Shown here one piece after another: positions 1 to 11,624 of a stretch of DNA of 64,000 nt. Both the position numbers and the translations under genes were made by a program. The notes under the pieces are model-generated. The model was not told the DNA's origin and ran no database searches. It saw only the letters and a program-made list of their open reading frames with translations. Numbering within the stretch: position 1 is the stretch's first letter; the number at the start of each line of letters is the position of its first letter. The DNA comes from a virus. Lineage: Duplodnaviria; Caudoviricetes. The stretch lies in the IMG/VR virus record IMGVR_UViG_3300010965_000005, positions 26,583 to 90,582 of that record; one strand, written 5' to 3'.

Positions 1-46
1 CTTGGGCGAAGCTTCTTCTCAATTGGCTTAAAGTCATCATTTTCCA

Positions 47-877
47 TCATTTCATTTTACCTTCCTTGATCAAGTCAATTTTGTTTTTGGCGTAAGCCTC
101 TGGGGTCATCCCCATGTCGGCTGCCGCCTCGCGCTCTGCCGCCGTCAGCCTGACCGTGTTCTTGCTGTTGGAACCCGTGCCACGACTCACTGGGGCAGCC
201 GCTGGGGCGGCGTCACGGCGCTGGGTGACCTTGGATGCGAACTGATCGCCAGTGTCATTGCTGGGGGCGGCCTTAGACACTCCCAGCTTGCTCTCAATAG
301 CCGCGAAGTATGCGGGCGTGTCTGGGGCGATACCATCATCAACCGCGTCTTCGTGCGCTCTGATCATCTTGCGGTTCAGGCGGGGGTCGGTGACGAACTG
401 GGGGTTATTGCGGACCCAATTGGCCGAGATCGGCGTCAGCCGCGCCGCGAAGGCCTCCACGGGGTCGGCGGGCGTATACTGCGGTTCGGGAGTCTTCGGC
501 TTGGAGTTCATCGCCTCAAGGCCGTTGCGAAGCTGGAGCAATTGCGCCGACTTCTCGCCCATCAACTGCTGAATTTCAGCCGCGCCAGCGAAGTCCTGAT
601 TCTGCATGGCAATCTGGTAATTGCTCTTTAGAATCTCGGCGTCCCGCGTGACACTGTCAATGGCGCTGGACACCAACTGGATTTCGGTGTCGTCCTTTTC
701 GCTGCTGGCGTGGTGCGCCCGCTTTTCGGCGGCAATGCGAGCCTGACGCTCAACGTCAATCTGGCGCTTCAGTTCAGAGATTGACTCTTGAATGTCGGGG
801 ACTTGGATTTCCTCGGCCTCGGCAATTTCATCATCAACGATAATTTCGATTTCTTCATCCATGTCGTTCACCTTCAA
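47..877 (-). CDS. Mirror copy of putative scaffold protein (36542..37372)
   Basis: Identical translation to the + arm copy. Confidence 0.6.
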   Translation of the reverse strand: MKVNDMDEEIEIIVDDEIAEAEEIQVPDIQESISELKRQIDVERQARIAAEKRAHHASSEKDDTEIQLVSSAIDSVTRDAEILKSNYQIAMQNQDFAGAAEIQQLMGEKSAQLLQLRNGLEAMNSKPKTPEPQYTPADPVEAFAARLTPISANWVRNNPQFVTDPRLNRKMIRAHEDAVDDGIAPDTPAYFAAIESKLGVSKAAPSNDTGDQFASKVTQRRDAAPAAAPVSRGTGSNSKNTVRLTAAEREAAADMGMTPEAYAKNKIDLIKEGKMK

Positions 878-1263
878 TAAACGGAATCAGGGTGTGGGGC
901 GCGGCCTTTGATGCTGATGTCGTCAAAGATTCGGCACAAGACGCCATTTACGGTAATTGACCAGCCGTCAGACGGGCGGAAGATCAGCCATTCGTGGTCT
1001 TGGAACGTCATCCCCGTGAACCAGTTGCCGTCCTGCTCAAAGGCCAGCGGGCCACGCTTGATCAGAAGCCCGACTTTGGACTGGTAGCGGTCTTCATCAA
1101 GGTGGTCAGCGGTCAGGATTAAGCCAGATTTGGTCTTTTCTGGCCGTAAATAGACAGCAAGAAGGACTTGATTGTGGAACAATTCGATTTCCGAAATGTC
1201 CCCAATTTGTTCAAGCAGGGCTTCCTTGGGGTCTTTTTCGTGGCTCATGGGCATATGGGGCAT
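874..1263 (-). CDS. groES: Mirror copy of GroES-like co-chaperonin
   Basis: Identical to 36156..36545. Confidence 0.7.
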   Translation of the reverse strand: MPHMPMSHEKDPKEALLEQIGDISEIELFHNQVLLAVYLRPEKTKSGLILTADHLDEDRYQSKVGLLIKRGPLAFEQDGNWFTGMTFQDHEWLIFRPSDGWSITVNGVLCRIFDDISIKGRAPHPDSVY

Positions 1264-1551
1264 TGGTAATCCTTACATGGTCTTGTTAATGTTTGTGGAA
1301 ACCTCGTCGCAAAGCGAGATCACCTCATTGAACGCGGAAATTTTTCCGACGGATTCACGATATTCTTCAATGGTCTTTATGGCAAGTCCGCCAGCCATGT
1401 TGCCGATGATCTCGGCGCAGCGCTCGATGATAAGTTTGAGGAGTTCCCGCTCAAAGGCGGTGCTGACGGTCGTGATCATGGATAATCCTAATTTTCATGG
1501 GGTGGGGGCCAGTTTTTGTCTGGCCCCCGTAAGCCGAAGGGAGGGGTCGGC

Positions 1552-2922
1552 TTATTTCTTGAGGTCTTTGTTCATCGTCTCACCGTAGGCATCAACCTTT
1601 TCGAGGCGAGCCTTGCCACCGCCAGCGCCGCCAGTGATTGGGTATGCCACGCGGCCACCAGCCTTGCGGCCCATCATGGGCGGGCCACCTGCGGGTGGCA
1701 TGGGTCCAGCGCCAGCAGCGCCAGCCAGAGCCTGCTGCAAGCCTGGGGGAAGGGACATGTGAGCGGGTGGAGGCGCAGAGGGCATGGGAGATGGTGCAGG
1801 CATCGGTGGGCGCATCATTGGGGGTGGCATAGCGCCGCCGCCCATCGGGGGCATGGGTGGCATACCGCCCGCTGGGGGCATAGCGCCAGGCTTCTCGGCG
1901 TTGTGCGGGAAGATGTTGATGCTGATGTTGCTTTTGCCGACCTTGCCACCCGTGGCGCGTGACGTGCGGGCCGCGTCCTCAAATGCCTTGGCGGTTGGCG
2001 CACCCTTCTCGCCAGCCTCACGCATTTTTTCACCGCGCTTGCGCTTGGCGTTGATGTTGGCATACAGACCGCCGCCACGCTTCATGGCCGAGCCGCCGCA
2101 AGCTTTGCAGTCACAGCCTTCTTCGTGGGCTTCCTCGGCCTTGCCGCCTTTTTTGTAACCACGCGCCATTGGTGCCATTTGCATCATTGGGGCTTGCATA
2201 CCCATGCCGCCGCCGCCCATCTTTGCGGTGCGACCCCCGTCTTTCAGGCCCTTCATGGATTCCTGCTTGTCGTGCTTGTCGTCAGCCTCGGATGCTTCCC
2301 ACTCGGCCATCGTCATCTTGCGCTTGGCAGCCAGCTTCTTGTCCTGCATCTGGTCCTTGGCCGAACCTTCAAACTTTTCAGCCTTGCCGCCGCGCTTGTA
2401 TACGCCAGACATCGTCTTGTCTTCCATGTCCGGGCGAGTCTTGGGCCGTGGGGAGGTCCGTGGGGCCATTTGCGAGCGGTAATTATCTGGCTGCTCGGTG
2501 AGATCAGCAAAGCCCTTCATCATTTCGGCTGTGATCGGCTGGCCGTATTGATTCAATACAACTTCCTCGTCGGTGCCACCATTTGCGCGCTTCAGGCGAC
2601 CGCCCTTGGCGAACCCGCCGACGTGCTTGATGCCTTCGCGTTCCTCGTTGGCGTCCTTGACGTTGCGGTTGACCAGAGCATCAGCGTAGGCCTTGCCACC
2701 CGACTGGCGGGGCTTGCGGCCTGCGTGGCTCATGGATTCAGCGCCATCGACCTTGCCGCCGACTTTGAATGCGCGGCGGGAGACTGGGCGAGCGCCCGTC
2801 TTTACGTCTGCGTTCAATGGCTCGGATGGGGTCCAAGTCGAAGCATCAACTTTTTCGGAAGTGGCTCCAGAGAGGCGCTTGGCCTTCTCCTTCATCGCCT
2901 CGCGTAGGCTTTTGGCGTCCAT
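1552..2922 (-). CDS. Mirror copy of 456-aa GG-motif-rich protein
   Basis: Identical to 34497..35867. Confidence 0.7.
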   Translation of the reverse strand: MDAKSLREAMKEKAKRLSGATSEKVDASTWTPSEPLNADVKTGARPVSRRAFKVGGKVDGAESMSHAGRKPRQSGGKAYADALVNRNVKDANEEREGIKHVGGFAKGGRLKRANGGTDEEVVLNQYGQPITAEMMKGFADLTEQPDNYRSQMAPRTSPRPKTRPDMEDKTMSGVYKRGGKAEKFEGSAKDQMQDKKLAAKRKMTMAEWEASEADDKHDKQESMKGLKDGGRTAKMGGGGMGMQAPMMQMAPMARGYKKGGKAEEAHEEGCDCKACGGSAMKRGGGLYANINAKRKRGEKMREAGEKGAPTAKAFEDAARTSRATGGKVGKSNISINIFPHNAEKPGAMPPAGGMPPMPPMGGGAMPPPMMRPPMPAPSPMPSAPPPAHMSLPPGLQQALAGAAGAGPMPPAGGPPMMGRKAGGRVAYPITGGAGGGKARLEKVDAYGETMNKDLKK

Positions 2923-3214
2923 TTTTACAATCCTCTGAGGTTACACGGCGTCCCGTTTGTGCTTTGCATTGTATACCGAAGTCAGGGACAATGCACGATC
3001 AATGTTCACATCCCCACCGTCAGCCGTAGAGCCTTGTCAACAGCATGGTGCTTATGTTTTTTCTTGCTCCTGTAATCAGGATGTGGATGGCGAGACGGGG
3101 TCTTAGTCTGGTAAGCAACATCTGAAGGGACATAGTCATGTTCCTGATCTGTCAGGTGCTTTTCGTGATTGTGAAACTGCGCGTAGAACGAATCCACATC
3201 AAGTTTTTTGTCCA

Positions 3215-4492
3215 TTACGATTTCCCTTCATTGTCTTTTAAGGAAAGCTGCTTTCCCTGCGGTGCAATCCGAACTTCAAAGTTGGTTGGAATTGTTGGGC
3301 CTTTCAAAGGATTACCATTCTTGTCCAGTCCTTGGCTTGGGCCTCTTTGATATGTACCATCTGGGTTCTTCAAGGCTTTTGGATTGTAGCGAACAAAGAA
3401 GCCTTTGCTTTCTTTGGTGGCTCCTTCAACCGTTCCAGTTGCCTTCTTGTTTTTCAAACCAACGATGACGCCGTCGGTGCCTTCGGGCTGAATATCGAGG
3501 GGTCGGAAATCGTGCTTGTCGCCGTTGACAACCTTGTATTTCTTTCCAGTCTCTTCATCAACGACAACCTCTGGCAAATGTTCTTTGTGGGAGAATGCCA
3601 TTGCCACGTTGTCGCCGCCATCAAGGCGACGGCGCATCTGCTTCCAGTTCGTGTGTTCATTGGACACGGCAATTTCTGGATCGGAAACACCAGTTGAGGA
3701 ATATGTGTAGTGATGGTTTGCAGCAACAGGGTTTGAGTTGTTCTTTGTGTAATCGTAAAAACTGACATCAGGATGCGCTTCTATCAAAGACTTGTGGACC
3801 AATGGGTTGATGTCAGAAAGGGTGTTAAGGCGTACCCCAAGGTGGTTTCCATTGCGCGCTGCTTCTTCCTTTGCTCGGTCAATCTCGTCATACAATCGAA
3901 CAGCAAAAGCTTCTGGTTCACGCATCATTGCGTTTGTTTTCTTTAGGCTGTTCAGGCGAGGCCCTTTGAATGCCGTCAAATCTCGACCGCCGCCAACTTT
4001 GAAATAATTGCCGCTGGTCTTTCCAAGGCACTCGTCCTTGCATGACGCGCTGTTGGGGCAGGTTGAGAATTTTCCTTCCTGATATGCTGGAGCGAGCGCC
4101 AATCCAGTTGTCTCAACGCCACGACCGTCTGGCAGCTTTACTGGTTCCTCGTCGCCATATCCTGTTTCGGACTTCATAAGCTTGGCGTTCTTCGTAAACA
4201 TTGGCGCAGCGCCTTTTCCAGAACTGCTTGGGACGTGCTGCGCAAGCCTGCGGTCTGCGGCCATTGCATTCTGAATGCGCTCTTCTCGATTTAGAGAAAC
4301 ATGGTTTGCAATTGCCGAATCAAAAGCGTCTTTTAAGCTTCTCATCGTGGGTGTCTGATCGTGCGTTTGAAAAACACCAACCTTTCCCTTTGTCGGCGCT
4401 TGAGTTCCTTGTGGGGAAATACTGAAACGCGGCGTAGGCGCTTTCGGCATTGGTGATGTCAGGCTCAAAGCCTTGTTTACGATGTCATCCAT
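3215..4492 (-). CDS. Mirror copy of GP88-like protein
   Basis: Identical to 32927..34204. Confidence 0.65.
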   Translation of the reverse strand: MDDIVNKALSLTSPMPKAPTPRFSISPQGTQAPTKGKVGVFQTHDQTPTMRSLKDAFDSAIANHVSLNREERIQNAMAADRRLAQHVPSSSGKGAAPMFTKNAKLMKSETGYGDEEPVKLPDGRGVETTGLALAPAYQEGKFSTCPNSASCKDECLGKTSGNYFKVGGGRDLTAFKGPRLNSLKKTNAMMREPEAFAVRLYDEIDRAKEEAARNGNHLGVRLNTLSDINPLVHKSLIEAHPDVSFYDYTKNNSNPVAANHHYTYSSTGVSDPEIAVSNEHTNWKQMRRRLDGGDNVAMAFSHKEHLPEVVVDEETGKKYKVVNGDKHDFRPLDIQPEGTDGVIVGLKNKKATGTVEGATKESKGFFVRYNPKALKNPDGTYQRGPSQGLDKNGNPLKGPTIPTNFEVRIAPQGKQLSLKDNEGKS

Positions 4493-4493
4493 G

Positions 4494-7400
4494 TCATTTC
4501 CCCTTGGGCTTGAGGGAACCTATAGCAGACTTCCCATCTTTCGTAAATCCGCGCGTGAGGGCGAGGGCTTTGCTGACCGATCCGCCCGTGGCATACCCTG
4601 GGATCGTCATGGCGCTCCGTATGTCAAAGACGTTTGCTGGCTCGATGTGCCAATCCTCGTTGTCCATGCGGAAATTTAGGCCGTATCTTGCGGCATTTTC
4701 CTGCGCCCACTTCAGGGCCTCGTCGTCGGCGTAGGACAAGTCAGCAGCCAAACCGTAATTGTGGGATGAAGTCCCAGGGCGGGCGACCCAATTGTCCCTT
4801 ACTTCAGGGTCTGGATACTTTGCTGCTGCGGCCTCCCAAAGTTCTTGCTGCCGCTCTGGTGTCCGATAGCCAGACGCCACGGATATTTTGCCTGGGGCCT
4901 CCGCAATCATCCTGTCAATGGCGCTCTGGAATGGGGCATACATGCCACTTGGCTGATACCCCTGCTCAGGTAGGGGAATCATGCCAGACGGCGTGTGGCC
5001 CTCGCTGGACGCGCTTGGCGTGGGTTCTTCGGGCTTGTTCTTTAACTCGTTGACCGTGTCCATCAGGGAGCCGAGGGATTGGCTGAAACCCCCCGCAGGC
5101 CGCTGCTGCTGGCGGGGGACAATCGGGGCCACCGCCAACTGCCTGATCTGGATCGGCGCAGCCGGAACGTAGCCCATGACTGGCCCACCCGTGGCTCTGG
5201 TGACGGTGCCGCCGTATTCGTATTTGTTTAAGATGCTGACCAACTTATCATCGTAGACAACGTAATTATTGGTTCCGTCGTTGGCCTTAAATCTAGCGCC
5301 AGAAACTCCTCTATTAAGAAGGTCTTTTTCGCGGATTTTTCCGCTATCATACAACTCCCTAAAGGTATTATGTTGAGGGAAATCCAAAAAAGCATTTTTT
5401 ACAATTTCGCTTTGTTGCGAAATAGGGGTATCCCAATCGGCAAAAGTTGACGGATGAGCATTTATTTTCACCTTATACATATTCGCGCCAAGTTTTACAT
5501 CTTCACTGCCACGCGACCTTAGTTCGTCAATGACGTTCTGGTAATCGCGCCTTGCGGAAAACGGAAGTTCCTTGGAGCGGGCAAGAAGATCAGATTCTGC
5601 ATCACTAGCAACGTCAGCAAGTGTTCCGCTTTTGCCTTGATCGTGTGCAAATTTCCATACAGATTCATAAGCATCATCCGACAAGCCAGCGGATCGCCCC
5701 TTTTTACCTCCAATAATGGGACTCGCACCTAACGCCTTGAAATGTTCTGCATTCTTCTCATTTTCTGAAAAATATAGCCCTTCGCTGAAAGCAGACGGCG
5801 CACCAACGCCAGTGCCGACCTTACTCATATCAAACTTGTCAAAGCTGTGTGGGCTGCCGTGGTAGGCTGTGATGCCGTCCTCGTCGACTTCGCCACCATC
5901 CTCGCGGCGGATGCGGGGGTCTGTGGGGTCAAACGCCTCGGCCTCGGTGTGCTTGATGGTCTTGGGATCAAATGCCACGACCTCAGAGATGCCATTGGGG
6001 AGATGCCCGTGGTCAGTCTTGACGACAACGCCATCGTGGCCGCGTCTTTGCATTTCAGCCATAAACGGCTGGATATGGTGTGACTGGAGATTGTCCCACG
6101 GGTTCAATTCGTTTTTCTCACGCATGATTCCCATAGACTGCAAATCACGCAGGGTGCTGTGCGATTTGGTTTCACTCGAAACGTCCCAAACGTAGGGGTT
6201 TTTCAAGGCAGCGTGGAGCGGGCCGATAACAGCGCCCCTCCCCATTTCGTCTGGGTCAGCGTAACCTTCAGCGTTGCCCCTGAGTGGCGTCAGGTAATGA
6301 CCTCGGCCATAGAAGCCAGCATCCCGCGCGCCAAGTTTGGCGTTGTCAAACGCTTCAAACTCTTTGGACTGCGTTGTCCCATGATACAGGTCAAGCGGTG
6401 CGCCGCTTTCGTTTTGCAGGCTCTCGTGGACACCCTGAAACATGGGTGCATTTGCTGCGCCACCATCTGCCTTGGTGATTGCTTGTTGCTGAATGGCGGA
6501 TGGGTCTGTGACAATGTAAGAGTGATCTGGAGTGACGGAACTGGTCATCCGCCCCTCTTCCATGTCTTTCCATGTCGGGCCAGCGTCAAACTTGTTCATG
6601 TAGCGCAGGGCTTTGATGTTTGACTTGGACAGAGCATTGGAAAAGAGAACGTTCTGGGCCTTCATCGTCTCGTCAGGGTGGCTGATCCTATCTTCAATGT
6701 CCTGAAGGCCGTCATAGGTCTTGTTGAACGTATCAGAATCAATCTTGCCAGCCCCGTGAAGATGCTCAAGAATTTCATAGAAATCAAATCTGTTTGATGC
6801 GGCAGGGATGTCAACGATCTGCTCTGGGCGCGCATTGATCTTGAACGCCTTTGGCGAAACCCTTTCCGCCATGTCTGGGCGACCCATCAGAGATTTGACG
6901 GCTGCGTTGTGTGCCAAGGCTGGGTTTGCTGCAAAGTGAATGCCAACATCGCGGGCGCTGGGACGAAACTGACCGACAATGTTTTCTGGGGAAGCGTGGT
7001 AGGCGGTGATGCCGTCAACCTCACCGCCATCAGCGCGTTCAGTTGCGGAACGACCGTTTGCCTTGATAGCTTCATCCATATCTGCGAGCAGCGCCTTGAT
7101 GGACTTGTCGCCACGTAGAAATGCTGCGGCTGCACGGTGGTTTCCGTCTCGCAAGTGGTGAATGCCGTTGATGCGCTCCACGAACGGAACGCCTTCTGCG
7201 GGGTTCCTGATCTTCGATTTCCCGATTGCGCCAACATCTGTGACGATCTTGTCCATCGGCACGTCTTCGACCTTAGCCCCTGCGTGTGCCTTGTTGATCG
7301 CCACTCGCAACGGGTCGGCGTAGACCGATTTTGCTGGGGTCATGGACATGTACGGATATTCCATGCGGGGCAGCGGCGAAGCCACAGCTTCTTCAGGCGG

Positions 7401-7613
7401 AACACCGTTGCGGTTCTGTCCAACATGCGGCAGGGCGTTGATGGCATCTTCCACCTTACCCCCATCACCATGGACGGCGCGGGGAACGTTGGGCAGGTAT
7501 TTGGACGGGGCGATCTGGCCGTCGGCGCGGGATACCGCCGTGGTGTGGCGGTTCTTTTCAAGCATACCACCGAGTGTCAGCTTCGCCGCGCGGATTGCCT
7601 TGTCTCTGTCCAT
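4494..7613 (-). CDS. Mirror copy of 1039-aa polyvalent protein
   Basis: Identical to 29806..32925. Confidence 0.75.
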   Translation of the reverse strand: MDRDKAIRAAKLTLGGMLEKNRHTTAVSRADGQIAPSKYLPNVPRAVHGDGGKVEDAINALPHVGQNRNGVPPEEAVASPLPRMEYPYMSMTPAKSVYADPLRVAINKAHAGAKVEDVPMDKIVTDVGAIGKSKIRNPAEGVPFVERINGIHHLRDGNHRAAAAFLRGDKSIKALLADMDEAIKANGRSATERADGGEVDGITAYHASPENIVGQFRPSARDVGIHFAANPALAHNAAVKSLMGRPDMAERVSPKAFKINARPEQIVDIPAASNRFDFYEILEHLHGAGKIDSDTFNKTYDGLQDIEDRISHPDETMKAQNVLFSNALSKSNIKALRYMNKFDAGPTWKDMEEGRMTSSVTPDHSYIVTDPSAIQQQAITKADGGAANAPMFQGVHESLQNESGAPLDLYHGTTQSKEFEAFDNAKLGARDAGFYGRGHYLTPLRGNAEGYADPDEMGRGAVIGPLHAALKNPYVWDVSSETKSHSTLRDLQSMGIMREKNELNPWDNLQSHHIQPFMAEMQRRGHDGVVVKTDHGHLPNGISEVVAFDPKTIKHTEAEAFDPTDPRIRREDGGEVDEDGITAYHGSPHSFDKFDMSKVGTGVGAPSAFSEGLYFSENEKNAEHFKALGASPIIGGKKGRSAGLSDDAYESVWKFAHDQGKSGTLADVASDAESDLLARSKELPFSARRDYQNVIDELRSRGSEDVKLGANMYKVKINAHPSTFADWDTPISQQSEIVKNAFLDFPQHNTFRELYDSGKIREKDLLNRGVSGARFKANDGTNNYVVYDDKLVSILNKYEYGGTVTRATGGPVMGYVPAAPIQIRQLAVAPIVPRQQQRPAGGFSQSLGSLMDTVNELKNKPEEPTPSASSEGHTPSGMIPLPEQGYQPSGMYAPFQSAIDRMIAEAPGKISVASGYRTPERQQELWEAAAAKYPDPEVRDNWVARPGTSSHNYGLAADLSYADDEALKWAQENAARYGLNFRMDNEDWHIEPANVFDIRSAMTIPGYATGGSVSKALALTRGFTKDGKSAIGSLKPKGK

Positions 7614-9908
7614 TTACTGCCCCTGTTTGCGGAGTTGCATTGCCAGTTTGACCGCATCAGCGGCATGATCACGTTCCTGCATGTCGCGCTCGTGCTGCAT
7701 CCGAACCGCATCATTCATCTGGTCACGATCCATCCGCATTTGCTCAACCCGCAAATCCTTCTCGCGGTCGAGGTCGCGGTTCTGGTCGTTAATCTGGTCA
7801 CGCTTCATGGCAAATTCCATCTGGCGGGCCTTGTTTTGCTCCGCCGCCATCTTGGATGGGTCAACCGCAGCCTGCGCGGGGGCCTGAGCGCCCTGTGATG
7901 CCTGCGCCCGCACCATGTCAGCCTGAGCGCGCAGAGTGTCTGCATCGGCCTTCTGGTGGGCAATCTTGACGTCCTCAAGGCCCTTCAGCAATTCAGGTGG
8001 TGGCTGCCGATCCTGCGCCGATTTCAGGAACTGTTCGGGGTTTGACCAGCCAATGGCGCGCAACGCCGCCTTATCAACGGCATCACCGTCAAATGCGGAC
8101 GGGTTAGCGGCCTGCAACTGCTTCAGCGCCATGATCTTCATCACGCGCTGCGCGTGGCTGGACGTGTTCGGGTCGGCCTGCGGGACCAGTTCAACGTCAT
8201 TCAGGGCCTGCATAAACAGTTCCTCATTCCACGCGATGGTGGGCCTGCGGTTCCGCTGCCAGAAACTTTCGGGATGCTCGCGGAAGCATTTCAGCAGCAG
8301 CGAGAATTCCTCGGCCTGCGCGCTGTGCATCCGCTTGTGGACGGCATTCATAATCTTGGTGGCCTGCTCGATCATCGCCAGCGTGGTGCCGACGGGCGCG
8401 TCGGAGCGTCCCTCACCCACTTGGGCCTCAGATGTCCCGCCGACACGCATACCAGTCTGGGACATGTTCTCCACCAGCGCCATCAGTGCCTGCGACGGCT
8501 CCTTGTAGGGCAGCGGCATGACAGCCTGATTGATTGGCTGCCCGCCCGTCTTGATCTGGGCCGATCCGCCTGGGGGAATGCGGAAGATGTTGGTGTTTTG
8601 GCGCGACCCCGTGTCGCTGACCAAGAACCCAGGGAAGTTGGCATACATACCAGCGTCCAGAAGTTCGCGCCACGCGGCGGTGATCGCGTTGGTGGTGTTG
8701 CCGAGGATGTGCAGCAGGCCGATGTCGTAGAAGCCTAGGCCTGGGACAAACGTATATTTGACGAAGTTCGTGCGGGCTTCGGGCAGATCGGCGGTGTCCT
8801 GATCAAAGTTGCGGGTGATCGACAGGATTTTGCGCGACGACACGTCGATGGTCACGCGGTATGGGATTTCGAGGCCGCTCTTTTTCTTTTTGTATTTGTG
8901 TTCAAAGCCGCTGATGTCCAGTTCGCAGTAAACCTCGTAAATCTCGCGGTCGCGGTCATCAGGGTTTGACGATGTGGCGGTGATGCCCTGCTGCGCGCTC
9001 TTGGCGTCCTGCGCGGCATCGGGGGTGACCTCATTGGGCGTGGACAGGTCGGTGTCACTGTAGACGCCGATGATCTGGAGCCGCTTGACGGTGCTGGGGC
9101 GCATATAGACGCGGTGCGTCACGCGCTTGGCGTTGGACAGATCGGTGGCGGCGCTGTTGACGATCAGATTGTCCGCGTCAACGCTCTCGCTGACGGGGCG
9201 GTTCCGCAGCGGGCAGAAGTAAATTTTCTTGAACGACGTGCCGCCGAAGCCCAGCATCAGCAGCATCCGATCTGTGTCGGGGTAGTATTCGCGCGCCGTG
9301 CTGGTCAGGTAGTGGTTCATGTCCTTTTCGAGGGCGTTGGCGATCTCGTCACGCTGGACGGTGCTGCCGTTGGCGTCATCGCGGATTTTGACAGGGCCAT
9401 CGGTGGGCAGCAATTCTGAACGCGCATTCGCTTGGAACCGCAGGACAGCCTCTTGCAGCAGAGGGTGGCGGACCTTGGACATGCCCTCGATGGGTGCGCC
9501 ATCTGACGCGCCGTTGAGGCCGGGGATTTCAATTTTGAGGCCCAGCAGCTTGATGCCCTGCGCGCGGTCCTCGATCCACTCGCTGCGGCTTTCGAGGTCA
9601 TCCTCAACGCCACGGATTAGGTCATCGGCAATGTTTTGGAGTTCGGTGTCGTCAATTTCATCAACCAGATTGTCAAACCACCCCATCGGGGGGCGCTTTT
9701 CGTTGTCGGGGTCTTGGATCGGCTTGCCATCAAGGGACAGGGTGATCGAGCCGTCACCATGTTCAATCTTGAGGATCGCGCCGTCTTGGGAGATTTCGGG
9801 AATGTCTTCCGGCTCGGCGTCGTCATGCTCAACGGTCACGTCCATAGGGCCGATGGCCGCGTCGGCCTCGTCTTCATGCAATCGAATATTGGGGTTCAGT
9901 CCTGACAT
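7614..9908 (-). CDS. Mirror copy of portal protein
   Basis: Identical to 27511..29805. Confidence 0.85.
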   Translation of the reverse strand: MSGLNPNIRLHEDEADAAIGPMDVTVEHDDAEPEDIPEISQDGAILKIEHGDGSITLSLDGKPIQDPDNEKRPPMGWFDNLVDEIDDTELQNIADDLIRGVEDDLESRSEWIEDRAQGIKLLGLKIEIPGLNGASDGAPIEGMSKVRHPLLQEAVLRFQANARSELLPTDGPVKIRDDANGSTVQRDEIANALEKDMNHYLTSTAREYYPDTDRMLLMLGFGGTSFKKIYFCPLRNRPVSESVDADNLIVNSAATDLSNAKRVTHRVYMRPSTVKRLQIIGVYSDTDLSTPNEVTPDAAQDAKSAQQGITATSSNPDDRDREIYEVYCELDISGFEHKYKKKKSGLEIPYRVTIDVSSRKILSITRNFDQDTADLPEARTNFVKYTFVPGLGFYDIGLLHILGNTTNAITAAWRELLDAGMYANFPGFLVSDTGSRQNTNIFRIPPGGSAQIKTGGQPINQAVMPLPYKEPSQALMALVENMSQTGMRVGGTSEAQVGEGRSDAPVGTTLAMIEQATKIMNAVHKRMHSAQAEEFSLLLKCFREHPESFWQRNRRPTIAWNEELFMQALNDVELVPQADPNTSSHAQRVMKIMALKQLQAANPSAFDGDAVDKAALRAIGWSNPEQFLKSAQDRQPPPELLKGLEDVKIAHQKADADTLRAQADMVRAQASQGAQAPAQAAVDPSKMAAEQNKARQMEFAMKRDQINDQNRDLDREKDLRVEQMRMDRDQMNDAVRMQHERDMQERDHAADAVKLAMQLRKQGQ

Positions 9909-11234
9909 CGGCGTCCCTCGGATATAATGGCTGCGCCCACGTTATCAGACGCAGCCACGAATATCAACGAGAAGCCTAATTGCCCTCGATCTGGAGGGTG
10001 ACGGCGGCTTTTCTCTTCTTGCCGCTCACCCAAGAAGTGTTGGTGGAGGTGGTATCGCGGCCCTCACAAACCACGACAAGGACATAGTTGATGTTGCCAT
10101 ACGAGCCGACATCAGCGGCAACACAGCCATCGGGCAATTGACGGTTGATGGTTTCCAGCTCTCGTCTGTGTTCTTCTTCAAGGCAACCAGACAGCGCCAA
10201 CACGGCGATCAATAATAGTTTTTTCATTCGGTTTTCTCCAGTTCAAGCAAAACTTTGCGAAAATCTTCGTATGTAAGATCACGCAAAACCCACTGCCGCA
10301 TCATATCCAGAACGGCGATTTCGGCCTTATCCAGTTTGGCTTTAAGGCTTTTGATTTCATCGCCCCTCCACTCATGGATAATACCAAGACATATCCCGAT
10401 CCCCAAAGCGGCGATTAACATCAAGATGTAAGGTAACGTCACTCTTTCCCCTCCAGTTCGGCAAGAACGGATCGGGCTTCTTCGATGGGCCAAGCAGGAA
10501 CTTTATTATACACGGAGTGACGGATTTGAGCGTCAATTGTCATACCACCAGCACCCAGTGAAACCATTTTGCCTTCATCACAGGCGTCTGTCACTAACCG
10601 CAAAGCATCAATAGCCTTAGCCAGCTTGGCCTCTGCTGTTTCTGTGCGGGCCAGCATCAAGGCAAATGTGCGGTCACGCTCGTCTAAGATAAACTTTCGA
10701 TCCCTCACCAACTGCTCAATGCGGTCTGCCATGACTTGCGCCGCTTTAAGCATCACACCAACGCGCTGCCTCCCCAAGAAATCAAGGTTGCTCATGCAGG
10801 AACATCCGCCATTCGTATGCACCCCCACGGTCTTTGCAATGACGCAATATCCATCACTGCACCCGCCGTTGAGGGCCGCTTGTTGGTCACGATATTGCTG
10901 GATCAGTTCTTCATCGGTCATTTCTTCTCTCCGATCAGGTCGAGGATTTCTTCTTCCGCATCAGCGCAATAAGTCCAACCCTGCATTAGCTTATACGCCT
11001 CACGCAGCGCAGCTTCACGGATGGTAGCAGGGTCAACAGCACGGGTGTTCCATTCTGCGTCATCCCGCTCTTTCACCAACGCCTCAATGCGGTCGGCGGC
11101 TTGCTTTGTGATTGTAGGGATCATTTCATAGTCTGCACCGACCATCTGTTCTTGGTCGTAATCTTTTGTGACACGTCCTAAGTATTGCAGGGTTTTAATC
11201 AGTTCTTCATCGTTAAGCGCAGCTTCACTGCTAG

Positions 11235-11624
11235 TCATTTCTTCTCTCCGATCAGGGTAAGGATGGCGGCAGCGACATCGCCAGCACCGTCTGACATCCC
11301 TTGATACTGAGGATCAGCGCGGTGCGGGGAGTGAATGTTTTTGTATTCAGCCCACCACTCAGATGACAGCGCCTCGGCCACAGCAGCAGCCTCACGCAGC
11401 GCATCCTCACGGATGGTGGCGGGGTCAACAGCGCGGGTGTTCCATGCGGCGATAGCCTGATCCATAGTGGGAAAGTAGCCATAGCCCAGTGTAAAGATTG
11501 CCCCGTGACATTCAGGGTATCGGCAGGACACAGCATAGGAATCCCTGCCATCGTAATCTGTCTTGCAGATCGTGTTCTTGTCGCCCCCGCAGAACGGGCA
11601 TGGCTTTAGGTCTGGCTGGGTCAT
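11235..11624 (-). CDS. Mirror copy of Lar-like protein
   Basis: Identical to 25795..26184. Confidence 0.55.
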   Translation of the reverse strand: MTQPDLKPCPFCGGDKNTICKTDYDGRDSYAVSCRYPECHGAIFTLGYGYFPTMDQAIAAWNTRAVDPATIREDALREAAAVAEALSSEWWAEYKNIHSPHRADPQYQGMSDGAGDVAAAILTLIGEKK